Positions 39,859 to 52,122 of a DNA stretch of 64,000 nt are shown here, piece after piece. How positions within the stretch are numbered: position 1 is the stretch's first letter; each line of letters begins with the position of its first letter. Position numbers and translations under genes: made by a program. The notes under the pieces are model-generated. The model did no database searches. It saw only the letters and a program-made list of their open reading frames with translations, and was not told the DNA's origin. The DNA comes from an uncultured bacterium. GTDB taxonomy: Bacteria > Verrucomicrobiota > Verrucomicrobiia > Verrucomicrobiales > DEV007. The stretch lies in assembly GCA_963977015.1 (NCBI GenBank), contig CAXBMO010000002.1:128001-192000 (forward strand). Direction: 5' to 3'.

Positions 39859-40191
39859 TCACCGCTGAATTCGAATGATGGTTTCGCCTTTCCGCTGCAA
39901 ATCCAACCGATCACGAGCGACCGATTCGCGATACGCAGCTTCTTCGCGGAGCCATTCAAAATCCTGCTTCAAAGCATCTCGCTTGGAACGAAGCGACTGC
40001 TCTTCACTCTGAAGCTCAGCAATCTGCTCGTTCAAGAGGCTTTGACGCCGGATCTCGGGCAGAAACTTCGCAATCAGGGCAGCACTTGCGATCAAGGCCA
40101 CAAGTGCCACCAGAATTCGATTCAGCTTTTGCCAAACGTCGAGTCCACCGATCGAAGTGGAGTGCATTTCAGATCGGGGCTCGCGATTCAT
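39859..40191 (-). CDS. ftsB: Septum formation initiator (FtsB/DivIC family)
   Basis: Single TM, coiled coil, E..ARDRL.L.RKGE motif; directly downstream of eno (conserved synteny). Confidence 0.78.
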   Translation of the reverse strand: MNREPRSEMHSTSIGGLDVWQKLNRILVALVALIASAALIAKFLPEIRRQSLLNEQIAELQSEEQSLRSKRDALKQDFEWLREEAAYRESVARDRLDLQRKGETIIRIQR

Positions 40192-40198
40192 GCGGGAA

Positions 40199-41587
<1,389 letters not shown>

Positions 41588-41773
41588 TTAATTCCTTCAA
41601 CCGTAATTGTCCATCAATTGTTCGTTAGAAGTTTTCGAACCGAATTCGCTCTCGTGGGATAAGCCCGCGGATTGGATAAATCCGGCCCTGAGCATTGGGT
41701 GGTGCCAATCGCAAAAGACGCTATACTCGCCGACGTTATGAGCAAAGTGCCTGACAGAACCTGATCAGACTTC

Positions 41774-42178
41774 GTGGATTACAGACTCGATATATTCGCC
41801 GGTTTTCAAGTACGGGAAATCAGTGTCGATGGCAAAGTTCGGCGTCGATCGTTTTACATCGCGTTTTCCGGCCAACCGGGAGCTTCCGTGACCATCAACA
41901 TTCTTGACCTTTCCTTCATGGTCGGATCCAGCACGTCAGTTATCGGCCACAATGGGGATCTGGAGATCGTGATTCCAGATTCATCCTTCGCGAAAAAGTC
42001 TTACACTCTGCAAATCATCGTCACTCCACCAACTCCGGAAGGCGGATCGCTCCAGCCTTCACAAAGTTACTACGTCACCTTTGACGCCGCGTTGGAGCCA
42101 CCGAACGGAGAGGCGCTCAAGATCGGCGATATCTACGGACAAGTCTTGGACGCACCTTCCCCGAGCAATCCGGGTTAG
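41774..42178 (+). CDS. Hypothetical protein (no recognised family)
   Basis: 134-aa beta-rich ORF between eno and greA. Confidence 0.5.
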   Translation: MDYRLDIFAGFQVREISVDGKVRRRSFYIAFSGQPGASVTINILDLSFMVGSSTSVIGHNGDLEIVIPDSSFAKKSYTLQIIVTPPTPEGGSLQPSQSYYVTFDAALEPPNGEALKIGDIYGQVLDAPSPSNPG

Positions 42179-42199
42179 GCTCAATGACCAGCTCTACGC

Positions 42200-44047
42200 T
42201 TAGGAGGCGTAGGCCTTGATCGAAACGATTTTGACTGAGCGGGTGTGGTCGGGAATTTCGGTTGGGAGGCTTGCGGAATCTCCAACGGATTTCCCGATCA
42301 AAGACTGTCCAGCACCGGTCGTGTAGGCGATGATGTTGTTGTCCGGGTCAGAATCCCAAGCACCCAGGATGGTGTAGGTTTCCTTTTTGCCCGCTTCTTC
42401 ATCTTCGATTTCAACGATGGTTCCAACGGAAACAAACGAAGTATCGACATCAGAAAAGTCAGTGCCTCGTGCACGGCTGATATCCCGCTCCATTTCTTCG
42501 CGCTGACGGCGCAGAACCGCTTCCTGCTGCTTGGCTGCCTTGTATTCGAAGTTCTCTCGCAAGTCACCATATTCACGGGCGACCTTGATTTCCTCACGGT
42601 TTTTCGGCTGAAGCACATTGCAGAGATTATCGAATTCCTTCTGCTTCGCTTCCAGACTTTCAAACGAGACGATCAGGTGCTCGTCCTTCTGAGTCTGAGC
42701 GTCCTTGCTTCCCGTGATCAGGTCCTGAATTTCAGGATGAACTTTTACGATTCGAGCCAGAAGCGATTTCCGCGTCAACTCATCGAAAGCCGGGCTCATC
42801 ATCAATCGACGAGCAAATCCCCTCACCGCGTTGATATCGAGTCCGGTGATCATGTCCGGAATCAGATCCTGGTCACCCTGGAGGGTCTCGGCCAGGCGGT
42901 TGGAACGGCGAACGCCTTCACCAAAGTGGTCTTTTTCCAGAGCGGCCATGAGAACGGAAGGCAGATCCGCATCGACAACATCCGCAGCCTTTCCTGTCCG
43001 CTCCTTACAAATCCAGGCGAGAAGGTCGGAACTGTGGGCCCGCTGCTGGAGTCCCAAACGCAGAAAGTCGTTCAGTTCGGTTTGCTTACCTTTCTCGACG
43101 AGAAATTTCGTCAGCTCGCTCGTGCCTCTCAAACCGGCCGTGCTGAGCATCTCCATGACGACTTCCGGCCATTCTTCACCAAAAGCATCTGGAAAGGATT
43201 CCAGAACCTGACGCTGCCTCGCAACACCGAGTCCCCGCAAGATTTCGCCAAGCTGATTCCGCTCGCCAACCAAAAAGCCGGCCAACTCGAGTTTGTCTTC
43301 TCCGGAATCAACGCCCTCAAATTTCGCCTCGACTTCCTCGCGAGCCAAAATCAGCTCCAACGCTTGGCCGGGCATCATTTTCGCGCATTTCAGAGCCGAC
43401 GCATTAAGATCGTCGACAACGGGATTGAGCTCCTCAACGGGATTATCAAACGCCTTTTCGTCCTTCAAAATGGCTTCAACGTTCTTCGCCTTGGATTTGA
43501 GGTCAGGGCTCGAAATGATGTCTTCGATCATTGCCGCCGAAGGGCTAACGTCAGCACCACGCAACTCCAACGGGAGATTCCGTTTCGAAGGAACCACGAA
43601 ACTCCGGTCCTGCCGCAGTTCCTTTTTCGCCTTGTCCCACCAGTTCTTGTATTTGCCGTCGGGAACAATCACGCCCTTCAAAACAGCGTCCAATTCATCG
43701 AGGGACATTGTGTTGTTGTGGCTGATCAAGGTTCGACGAACGAGTTCTACAGGATCCTTTTCCGCAAGTTCCTGCAACTCACTCGTGCTTTCCAGCCGTT
43801 GCGCCATGATGTGATCAGCAGGAAGCGGAACCAAGGCATTGGCCGCGAATTTCAGCTTCATTGCGTGGTTTGGCTTCTCCTCAAAATCGATCAGTAACCG
43901 ATCAGCAACCAAATCCCAGCTCTTGATCTTTCCGACTCCCCAACTTTTGTGCTGACAAAAAGCTCCCGGGGAGAGTGCTTGTACTTTCTCTGCGGTCTCG
44001 GTGTCCAGTTTCTTAGCGTTTACAAGATGTTCTAGCTCAGCGTCCAT
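42200..44047 (-). CDS. greA: Transcription elongation factor GreA with large N-terminal extension
   Basis: C-terminal AREYGDLRENFEYKAAK, VGTIV, YTILGAWDSD after about 450 aa of extra sequence. Confidence 0.88.
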   Translation of the reverse strand: MDAELEHLVNAKKLDTETAEKVQALSPGAFCQHKSWGVGKIKSWDLVADRLLIDFEEKPNHAMKLKFAANALVPLPADHIMAQRLESTSELQELAEKDPVELVRRTLISHNNTMSLDELDAVLKGVIVPDGKYKNWWDKAKKELRQDRSFVVPSKRNLPLELRGADVSPSAAMIEDIISSPDLKSKAKNVEAILKDEKAFDNPVEELNPVVDDLNASALKCAKMMPGQALELILAREEVEAKFEGVDSGEDKLELAGFLVGERNQLGEILRGLGVARQRQVLESFPDAFGEEWPEVVMEMLSTAGLRGTSELTKFLVEKGKQTELNDFLRLGLQQRAHSSDLLAWICKERTGKAADVVDADLPSVLMAALEKDHFGEGVRRSNRLAETLQGDQDLIPDMITGLDINAVRGFARRLMMSPAFDELTRKSLLARIVKVHPEIQDLITGSKDAQTQKDEHLIVSFESLEAKQKEFDNLCNVLQPKNREEIKVAREYGDLRENFEYKAAKQQEAVLRRQREEMERDISRARGTDFSDVDTSFVSVGTIVEIEDEEAGKKETYTILGAWDSDPDNNIIAYTTGAGQSLIGKSVGDSASLPTEIPDHTRSVKIVSIKAYAS

Positions 44048-44109
44048 TTTTTCGTGAAGACAAATTTAGAGAGCTTCCCTACCTGCGAAAGCGATTTTTA
44101 TTTAAAAGG

Positions 44110-44138
44110 TTGCCAAGGATTCTGATTTTGCCTAGTCT
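44110..44138 (+). promoter_or_regulatory. Sigma70-like promoter
   Basis: TTGCCA-17 nt-TAGTCT ending 8 nt before ATG 44147. Confidence 0.5.
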
Positions 44139-44146
44139 CGGCCTCG

Positions 44147-44563
44147 ATGAAAAAAGTGCTTGCTATTCTTTTGGCAGTTTCGGTCGCAGGGGCGGCCTTT
44201 GCCGACATTCAGTCTCCTCCCGCAGATCGCGAAACTTCAGTTCGCAAGCTGAGTCGCGGTCTTTCCAACATTCTTTACGGTTTTATGGAGATCCCGGCAT
44301 CGTTCGAAACCACGCTGAAGAATGAGGGTGCCGGAGAAGCTTTCACCTACGGAATCATCAACGGATTTGATCGCGCCGGAATGCGTTTCGGTTACGGACT
44401 CTACGAAGTGGTCAATTTCCGCAGTCCAAAATACAAGGAAAGCTATCGCAAGCCATACAAGGGTTTGGACTACGACACGGTTCATGGAATGCGCGAGTTT
44501 CCGCCAGAGGTTGGGTTCAGCTCCCGTTCAGGCTACGTTCGCTCGAGTTCCAATACGAACTAA
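44147..44563 (+). CDS. Exosortase system-associated protein, TIGR04073-like
   Basis: Signal peptide followed by RKLSRGLSNILYGFMEIP and R..YGLYEVV. Confidence 0.72.
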   Translation: MKKVLAILLAVSVAGAAFADIQSPPADRETSVRKLSRGLSNILYGFMEIPASFETTLKNEGAGEAFTYGIINGFDRAGMRFGYGLYEVVNFRSPKYKESYRKPYKGLDYDTVHGMREFPPEVGFSSRSGYVRSSSNTN

Positions 44564-44592
44564 TCGCACTTTTCTGACTTTCGAATTTTCGG

Positions 44593-44625
44593 AAAGCGTC
44601 GCCTGAAACCGGGCGGCGCTTTTTC
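44593..44625 (+). terminator. Rho-independent terminator
   Basis: AAAGCGTCGCCT-GAAACC-GGGCGGCGCTTTTT hairpin with U-tract. Confidence 0.75.
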
Positions 44626-44703
44626 GTTGCCCCCCTGTCCCCGGCTAGCCGTCGTCAGTCTTGACGCAGGGGCAATCTACCCGAAGTTAACGATTTACCT
44701 GAC

Positions 44704-46743
44704 ATGCGCAAAATTCTCGTCACTTCAGCCCTTCCTTATGCCAATGGCCACATTCATATCGGCCATCTCGTCGAATATTTGCAAACCGACATGTGGGTTC
44801 GGTTTCAGAAAATGATGGGGAACCAGTGCCGCTACTTTTGTGCAGATGACACCCACGGCACCGCGATCATGCTCCGTGCCCAGAAAGAAGGACGCAGTGA
44901 AGAGGCCTTGATCGCCGAAATGAGCGAGGCGCATCAGCGTGACTTCGGCGGATTCGGTATCGAATTTGATCACTACGGCAGCACGAACAGCCCGGAAAAT
45001 GAAGTTCTTTGCGGGCAGATCTGGAAATCCCTCCGCGAGGCCGGGATGGTTCACGAGCGCGAGATCGAGCAACTCTATGACACCGAGAAAGGGACGTTTC
45101 TGGCGGATCGTCAGGTGAGAGGAACCTGCCCCAATCCGGATTGCCATTCGCCCAACCAACCCGGCGATAACTGCGGAAATTGCGGAAAAACCTATTCGCC
45201 CAAGGACCTGATTGATCCAGTCAGCCAGCTTTCAGGGACGAAACCGGAGGTTCGGTCGGCCCTCCACCTGTTTGTCGAGACCGAGCAGCTGCACGATTTT
45301 CTCACGGAATGGACCCAGTCCGGCGTGATGCCGAAGGAGAGCGCCAAGTACCTGAAGAATTTCTTTTTGGCGGAGCCGCTCCAGGATTGGGACATTTCAC
45401 GCCCGGCTCCCTATTTTGGCTTTGAGATTCCGGACAGCCCCGGGAACTACTGGTATGTCTGGTTTGACGCTCCCATCGGCTACATCGCCTCAACGCAGGC
45501 GTGGTGTAACGCGAACGGGGAGAAACTCGACGATTGGTGGAAAAACGATGACGTCGAGATTCATCATTTCATCGGGAAAGACATTCAGTATTTCCACACC
45601 CTGTTTTGGCCGGCCATGCTCAAAACGGCGGGTTTCAGTCTCCCCAAATTTGTTCACATCCACGGCTTCCTCACGGTCGACGGCGAGAAAATGTCAAAAT
45701 CTCGCGGCACCTTCATCCAGGCGTCCAAATATCTGGAGCATCTCGACCCGAGCTATCTGCGCTACTACTACGCGACCAAACTCTCGAGCCGGGTCGAGGA
45801 CATCGACCTCAACCTGGAAGAATTCGCATCAACCGTGGATGGCCTTTTCAAGAAGGTCGTCAATCTGGCAAGCCGAACCGCGAAGTTCCTCAAACCAACG
45901 GGATTCTCAGAGACCTATCCCGACGACCAGGGCCTTTTCCAAACGTTCAGCAATGGATCAAAGACGATCGCCGAGCACTATGAAAACGGGGATTACAACA
46001 AGGCGATTCGATCGATTCTCGAGTTGGCCGATCAAGCCAACGCCTACATTGAACAGAATGCCCCCTGGGAACTGAAGAAGGATCCGGACAAGGCCGGTCA
46101 AATTCAGGATGTCTGCTCGGTGGGGCTCAACCTCTTCCGCCAACTCGCCATTTTCCTCGCACCGGTCGTCCCAAGCCTGGCCGAAAAAGCCGGCGAGTTG
46201 CTTGGCGAGGCAATTACGTCCTGGGAGCAGGCACAGAAGCCACTTGAGGGAACTCCGGTTGCCAAATTCAAGCACATGATGAAGCCGGTCGATCCGGTAA
46301 AGATTCAAGCCATGGTCGAAGAGAGCAAAATCGAGCAAGAGGCCGAAGCGTCTCCATCTTCGACCTTGAGCACTGCTGACTCCGACGAGTGGTTGAAAGC
46401 GGAACCTCTGGCCGATGAGATGACGATTGATGACTTTGTGAAAGTGGATCTCCGCGTCGCTCGAATCATCGAAGCAAACGAGGTTCCGGAAGCTCGCAAG
46501 CTACTCAATCTCAAGGTTTCCCTTGGAGGCGATGAGGTTCGCAACGTTTTTGCCGGGATCAAGGCCGCTTATCAGCCCGAAGACTTGGTCGGCAAGCTCG
46601 TCATCGTGGCTGCAAACCTGGCACCCCGGAAGATGAAGTTTGGCGTAAGCGAAGGGATGGTCATTGCGGCGGGCCCCGGCGGGAAGGACGTTTTCCTGCT
46701 TCAGCCGGATTCCGGCGCCCAACCAGGGCAGCGGGTTCATTGA
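44704..46743 (+). CDS. metG: Methionine--tRNA ligase
   Basis: [33 protein letters not shown]-terminal tRNA-binding domain. Confidence 0.98.
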   Translation: MRKILVTSALPYANGHIHIGHLVEYLQTDMWVRFQKMMGNQCRYFCADDTHGTAIMLRAQKEGRSEEALIAEMSEAHQRDFGGFGIEFDHYGSTNSPENEVLCGQIWKSLREAGMVHEREIEQLYDTEKGTFLADRQVRGTCPNPDCHSPNQPGDNCGNCGKTYSPKDLIDPVSQLSGTKPEVRSALHLFVETEQLHDFLTEWTQSGVMPKESAKYLKNFFLAEPLQDWDISRPAPYFGFEIPDSPGNYWYVWFDAPIGYIASTQAWCNANGEKLDDWWKNDDVEIHHFIGKDIQYFHTLFWPAMLKTAGFSLPKFVHIHGFLTVDGEKMSKSRGTFIQASKYLEHLDPSYLRYYYATKLSSRVEDIDLNLEEFASTVDGLFKKVVNLASRTAKFLKPTGFSETYPDDQGLFQTFSNGSKTIAEHYENGDYNKAIRSILELADQANAYIEQNAPWELKKDPDKAGQIQDVCSVGLNLFRQLAIFLAPVVPSLAEKAGELLGEAITSWEQAQKPLEGTPVAKFKHMMKPVDPVKIQAMVEESKIEQEAEASPSSTLSTADSDEWLKAEPLADEMTIDDFVKVDLRVARIIEANEVPEARKLLNLKVSLGGDEVRNVFAGIKAAYQPEDLVGKLVIVAANLAPRKMKFGVSEGMVIAAGPGGKDVFLLQPDSGAQPGQRVH

Positions 46744-46753
46744 TGAATCGGGC

Positions 46754-48253
46754 CTAAACGGAAGGCGACGCCCCAAATGCGCCCATCGACTGACGCAGCT
46801 CCGGAAGCGTATAGATCTCCATTTCCTGAGCCACCCCTCGAAGCTGGATACTGCCAATTTGTTCGAAATCAAAACGGTCGCGGACAGCTTGATAGGTGTC
46901 CGCACTGACCAAGCCACAGGTATTGAACTCCTTGGTCTTGGCTTCGAGCCGCGCCGCCACGTTCACGGTTCTGCCGATCGCGGTGTAGTCCATTTTTTGC
47001 TCCGACCCAATGTTCCCAACCACCGCCGTGCCGGTGTGGACCGCCATTCCGATCTGAAGCGCTCGTTGTCCTTTCACGAACCAGTTCGCAGCGAGCGCCC
47101 GGGCAGCCTCCTCCATCTCGATCATGGCTTTGACTGCGTGATACTCCTGCTCGTCATCGTTGAGAGGCGCCCCAAAAACCGCCATCATTCCATCCCCGAT
47201 AAATTTGTCGATCCCTCCCTTATTCGCGAACACGATCTCCACCATTTTGGTGAAGTATTCGTTCAGCTGGGAAACGACATCCTCAGGCGAGACATCTTCC
47301 GCCCAGGCGGTAAAGTCCCGAATATCGGTAAACAGGATGGTGACTTTTTGACGGGTTCCCTCAAGGCGGGGAAGCTCATTGGACTCGATGATCCGTTCGG
47401 CCACATCCCTGGAAACGTAACGCGCAAAAGCCTCTTTTAGCATCTCCCGCTCCTGAAGCGACCGCGCCATCGCATTGACCGCATCCCCAAGCTGGCCAAA
47501 TTCATCCGGGGCCAACCCGGAAATTCGGGTATCGAGATCGCCGTCGGCAATTTTCAAAACGCCTTCGCGCACAATCTGAAGTGGACGGGTTGCAGCTGCC
47601 GAATTTATCAGGGAAACGACGATTCCCAGCGCGATGGTGCATCCCATGATCAAGAGGCCCTGCTTCAACAATTCCACGTTTTGGTCCACCACATCGCTGG
47701 CCTCGATATCGACTCCAACAACCGCGACTGCATCACCGTTCGAATTCAGGACCGGTGCGCCTGCGGAGAAGAACACCCCGTATTCATCTTCCAGAAAGCC
47801 GTCTTCGGCCGCAGCCACTTCCAACCACTCCGCCAGTGGATTCAATTCTCCAGTTACTTCTTCATACTCAAACCGTTCGCCAATCACGGGCTTGATCTCA
47901 TCGTTTTCATCTGAATCGATCACGTATTCCCAAGGCCCGGAAGGCTCCCCGACTGGACGAAAGGTGTAAATGTAGGCGACGTAGACATCATCGCGACGGT
48001 GACGATCCCGCAACGCCCGAAGCTTCAATTCAATGGCACGATAGGCTTCAGATTCATCATCGCCTTCACCAAGCGTCTCGTGAAGGTCGCCATCAATCAA
48101 AGATGCCGCATCAACTGCAATCGAAAGCACTGTGGATTGAATCTGCTGAAAAGCCAATCGCCGCGTTTGAATCAACGAAAACCCAAAGAAGAACGCAGCG
48201 GTCAAGGTAACGGTGCCGACAAAGCCGATGAGCAGTTTGATCCGGTGCGTCAT
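46754..48253 (-). CDS. Membrane adenylate/guanylate cyclase with periplasmic sensor and HAMP domain
   Basis: Two TMs, DEFGQL HAMP, FTDIRDFT, KFIGDG, TAIG.TVNVAARLE. Confidence 0.92.
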   Translation of the reverse strand: MTHRIKLLIGFVGTVTLTAAFFFGFSLIQTRRLAFQQIQSTVLSIAVDAASLIDGDLHETLGEGDDESEAYRAIELKLRALRDRHRRDDVYVAYIYTFRPVGEPSGPWEYVIDSDENDEIKPVIGERFEYEEVTGELNPLAEWLEVAAAEDGFLEDEYGVFFSAGAPVLNSNGDAVAVVGVDIEASDVVDQNVELLKQGLLIMGCTIALGIVVSLINSAAATRPLQIVREGVLKIADGDLDTRISGLAPDEFGQLGDAVNAMARSLQEREMLKEAFARYVSRDVAERIIESNELPRLEGTRQKVTILFTDIRDFTAWAEDVSPEDVVSQLNEYFTKMVEIVFANKGGIDKFIGDGMMAVFGAPLNDDEQEYHAVKAMIEMEEAARALAANWFVKGQRALQIGMAVHTGTAVVGNIGSEQKMDYTAIGRTVNVAARLEAKTKEFNTCGLVSADTYQAVRDRFDFEQIGSIQLRGVAQEMEIYTLPELRQSMGAFGASPSV

Positions 48254-48504
48254 GGCAAGCAGGTAGCGATGAATACAGGCTCCCGCAAGGGAAGGCTCCA
48301 AACTGTAACGAAACCGCCACAATTTACGAGTCGCCTGCGGCCATCCAGCGCTAGACTAGGCGATGCAGATTTAGTGAACCTGTAGCCAATGAAAATGACT
48401 AAACACCGGAAAGTTTTCAGCTTTGCCGAAGGTCGAAAGACAGCGGTATCTTTCGCTACCTGCAGCATTGGCCAACACTTCACTTCAAATGCTCTAGGAG
48501 AACA

Positions 48505-49425
48505 ATGAACGACCACGATCTAACAGCAACTGGCAATCAGTTCGAACAAATTCGCGACGAGTACATCGATCATCTCGACGAGGAACTGGAATTGGAGCTT
48601 TTCGATAGCGCTGAGGATTCCGAGTCCGACAAAGCGGCGGGAGGAGATCTGGCTGCTTTTCGACGAATGTATTTCCGCGAGCTGCATCAATTGCAGATTG
48701 AGTTGGTCAAGCTTCAGGATTGGGTGGTGGCCACCGGAGAGAAAATCGTCGTCCTGTTTGAAGGCCGGGACGCGGCGGGAAAAGGCGGTGTAATCACGAG
48801 GTTTACGCAACGCATGAACCCGCGAGTCTGCCGCGTCGTCGCTCTACCGGCCCCAAGTGATCGCGAAAAAACGCAGTGGTATTTTCAACGCTATGTCCCC
48901 CACCTGCCAGCTGCGGGTGAGATTGTGTTGTTTGACCGCAGCTGGTACAACCGGGCCGGAGTGGAAAAAGTGATGGGTTTCTGCACCGATGCCGAATACG
49001 ACTCCTTCTTTCGCACCGTACCCGACTTTGAACGCATGTTAGTCGACTCGGGAATTCGGCTCTTCAAATATTGGTTCTCGATTCAGGACGAGGAGCAGAT
49101 TTATCGCTTCCGAGCCCGAATTCATGATCCGCTCAAACGCTGGAAACTCAGCCCGATGGATCTGGAATCACGTCGCCGCTGGGAGGACTACACGAAGGCC
49201 AAAGAAGTGATGTTAAACAAAACCCACTTTGAGTATGCGCCATGGTGGGTGGTGCCCGCCGGAAACAAAAAGCGCGCGCGGCTCAATTGCATCGACCACT
49301 TCCTGAACCAATTGCCGTACGAAGCAATCAAGCGGAAGGATATCGAGCTTCCATCAAGGGTTCATCACAAGGACTACGACCGGCACCCCGTCCCTGACAC
49401 AATGATCGTTCCCCAGAAATACTAA
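48505..49425 (+). CDS. ppk2: Polyphosphate kinase 2
   Basis: FEGRDAAGKGG, FDRSWYNRAGVE, WKLSPMD. Confidence 0.96.
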   Translation: MNDHDLTATGNQFEQIRDEYIDHLDEELELELFDSAEDSESDKAAGGDLAAFRRMYFRELHQLQIELVKLQDWVVATGEKIVVLFEGRDAAGKGGVITRFTQRMNPRVCRVVALPAPSDREKTQWYFQRYVPHLPAAGEIVLFDRSWYNRAGVEKVMGFCTDAEYDSFFRTVPDFERMLVDSGIRLFKYWFSIQDEEQIYRFRARIHDPLKRWKLSPMDLESRRRWEDYTKAKEVMLNKTHFEYAPWWVVPAGNKKRARLNCIDHFLNQLPYEAIKRKDIELPSRVHHKDYDRHPVPDTMIVPQKY

Positions 49426-49429
49426 GGTC

Positions 49430-49750
49430 AGGGGGTCCCGTCCTGGCAACCAGCGCCCTCTCGTAGAATTCCAGCCAATGACGACCGGATTCTAGGAAGA
49501 CAGATGAGAAATCCTCAATGTTCGGATTCTCGCTGGAGCCAAGAAGTTCACCTCAAATTGGAGGCAAAGGGACGTTGGCCTTCAACCAACACGTTGATTT
49601 TCATCAATTGGGGGCCACGCGATTAACGTGGAAAGTTCCCCCTCCCGCGAACGGGCGCCATCTGGCGTCTAAGTGCTTTCCCAAAGGAAAGCGGAGCTGA
49701 AAGAGAAGCCTCTTCAGCAGATTTTGAGTTCATTCCAATAATGGACTGCA
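49430..49750 (-). ncRNA. Candidate large structured non-coding RNA (unassigned family; may extend to about 49950)
   Basis: About a dozen consecutive hairpins plus a nested multiloop; G-U pairs and GAAA/UUCG loops favour the minus strand; no credible ORF. Confidence 0.6.
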
Positions 49751-49962
49751 TGTATTATTCTTTCTAAAGCCTGGCGGGTTAGTGTCGCTTATCTCACTTC
49801 AACCGAGAAACCACAGAAAACGCAGCACCACAGAAATTGCAAAACAAGCCACGGCCAGGATGAAAGCAGGCTCGACGCGTTTGGAGTACGGGCAAGCCCT
49901 TTCCCCGCATTTCTCGGGAAATACGATGATTCACCTGGCAACGGAAAGAAGCCTGAAGGCGA

Positions 49963-51966
49963 TTAAGCCATCTCGCCGGCTACCCGAACGACATTCGCCG
50001 CCGTCATGCCAAGTTCTTCCATCACGGTGTCGCCCGGAGCGCTGATGCCAAACCGGTCAATCGCGATGACTTCGCCTTCGCAGCCAACGTATTTCCACCA
50101 AAGCCCGGAAACACCGGCTTCGATCGCGATACGCTTGGTGCAACTCTTCGGCAGCACTTCCTCCCGGTATTCGGCAGGCTGGCGGTCAAAACGCTCCATG
50201 CAGGGCATGGAAACCACCCGAACGCCGTCTCCGAGTTCCTTCGCCGCATCGATCGCGTGCTGAAGCTCGCTGCCCGTTCCGATCAGGATCATTTCGAGAG
50301 GAGCGGTCTCCTTTTTCGCAATGTAAGCACCACGATAAACGCCTTCCCTTCGCTCCATCACGGGAATCTGGCTTTGATTGGGAACATTCTGGCGCGTCAG
50401 CAGAAGCATCGTCGGTCCATCGGTCCGCTGCAATCCTGCGGCAAACGCTCCGGCAGTTTCTTCAGGATCGGCGGGACGAATCACATCCAAGCCCGGAATG
50501 ACCCGGAGTCCGCTGCAGGTTTCGACGGGCTGGTGGGTTGGACCGTCTTCGCCAACACCCACGGAATCGTGCGTGAAAATGTAAAGGACCGGCAATTTGG
50601 CCAAGGCGGCCAAACGAATCGACGGACGGCAATAGTCGGCAAACACGGCAAACGTCGCACCGGAAGCGCGGAAAATCCCGTCATACGCAAGTCCGTTCAT
50701 GATCGCTCCCATCGCGTGTTCGCGAATCCCGTACCAAATGTTGCGCTGGGTGTAATCTTCGCGCGAGAGATCGCCGCTGCTCTTGATGTAGTTTTTGGTC
50801 GACCCGTAGAGGTCGGCACTTCCCGTGACGAGAAGGGGCATCGACTCGGCAATCGGCTGGATGACGGCACCACCTGCGGCGCGTGTCGCCATTTTGTCGT
50901 CCGGTCCAAACTCCGGAATCTCGTTGAGCAGATTGGAAGGCACAAACTTGGCAATTCCCTGGGTCAACGTCTCGGAGAGCTCGGGATTTGCGGCTTTCCA
51001 TGCTTCGTATTTGGCTTCCCAAACTGCGTGAGCCTGAAGCAACGCAGCTTTTCGCTCCGCGAAATACGCCTTAACCTCGTCGGAAATGTAGAACTTCTCT
51101 TCGGGCAACCCAAGCCCTTTGCGGGCTTCGTCCTGGAACTTGATACCTCCTTCGCCGTGACCAGCCGCGGTTCCGGCAACCTGAGGAATGCCCCGCCCAA
51201 TCTCGGTTTTCACTTCGATCAACTTCGGCCGTCCATTGTCATTGGCTTTGGCCTCGGCGACTGCTTTTTCGATCGCAACAAGATCATGTCCGTCAATCGT
51301 GACGGTGTCCCACCCCATCGCTTCAAATCTGGCGGTGGCGTTTTCACTTTGCGTGACTGCCGCCATCGCATCGAGCGTGACGTCGTTTGAATCGTAGATC
51401 AAAATGAGGTTGTCTAGCCCCACATGCCCGGCAAAAGCTGCAGACTCATTCGCGACACCTTCCTGAAGGCAACCGTCTCCGGCCAATGCAATCACGTGGT
51501 AATCAAGAATCTGATGATCGGCGGTATTGAAGCGCTGACCGGCCATTTTTCCGCTCAATGCGTAGCCAACCGCGTTTCCAATTCCCTGACCGAGTGGCCC
51601 CGTGGTTGCTTCGACGCCGGGCGTCTCGTCAAATTCCGGGTGGCCTGGAGTCGTAGAGTGAAGCTGGCGAAAGTCTTTCACCTGCTGCAAAGGCAAATCA
51701 TATCCCGACAAGTGAAGCCAGCTGTAGAGGAACATGGAGCCGTGTCCTGCACTCAGCACGAAGCGATCGCGATTGATCCATTTCGGAGCATCGGGATTGA
51801 ATTGCATGGAATGCCCAAAAAGCACCGCTCCAACTTCCGTCGCACCAAGTGGCAATCCAAGATGTCCTGATTTTGCTTGAGCAACAGCGTCGAGGGAAAG
51901 CCCACGGGCAATGGTGGCGGCTTTCGCGAGAATTTCTGGATTCAACTCCTGGGTACCTTGGCTCAT
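49963..51966 (-). CDS. tkt: Transketolase
   Basis: [49 protein letters not shown]. Confidence 0.98.
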   Translation of the reverse strand: MSQGTQELNPEILAKAATIARGLSLDAVAQAKSGHLGLPLGATEVGAVLFGHSMQFNPDAPKWINRDRFVLSAGHGSMFLYSWLHLSGYDLPLQQVKDFRQLHSTTPGHPEFDETPGVEATTGPLGQGIGNAVGYALSGKMAGQRFNTADHQILDYHVIALAGDGCLQEGVANESAAFAGHVGLDNLILIYDSNDVTLDAMAAVTQSENATARFEAMGWDTVTIDGHDLVAIEKAVAEAKANDNGRPKLIEVKTEIGRGIPQVAGTAAGHGEGGIKFQDEARKGLGLPEEKFYISDEVKAYFAERKAALLQAHAVWEAKYEAWKAANPELSETLTQGIAKFVPSNLLNEIPEFGPDDKMATRAAGGAVIQPIAESMPLLVTGSADLYGSTKNYIKSSGDLSREDYTQRNIWYGIREHAMGAIMNGLAYDGIFRASGATFAVFADYCRPSIRLAALAKLPVLYIFTHDSVGVGEDGPTHQPVETCSGLRVIPGLDVIRPADPEETAGAFAAGLQRTDGPTMLLLTRQNVPNQSQIPVMERREGVYRGAYIAKKETAPLEMILIGTGSELQHAIDAAKELGDGVRVVSMPCMERFDRQPAEYREEVLPKSCTKRIAIEAGVSGLWWKYVGCEGEVIAIDRFGISAPGDTVMEELGMTAANVVRVAGEMA

Positions 51967-52122
51967 TTTTCGTAGTCTACAGTTAGCGTCAATTTGGGCC
52001 GAGCATGGCGAGAATTATCCCCGTTGCAAGTTGGGAATGACGACAGTCCCGACTCAGAGTCGTCAGAATGCGATCGGCCAACCGAAATTGGCGGCCGAAT
52101 CCGCGCTTAGTCCTTGCTCCGC

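Noticed and set aside
42245-43897. 550-aa plus-strand ORF (and similar long antisense ORFs over mutL, eno, tkt and the CxxCH gene)
   Set aside because: Shadow frames of well-supported genes, expected from codon bias
49426-49962. CRISPR array, RNase P RNA, tmRNA or small ORFs (49518-49700, 49782-50045) in the ppk2-tkt gap
   Set aside because: No repeated spacer-separated units, no signature sequences of those RNAs, and the ORFs lack protein-like features
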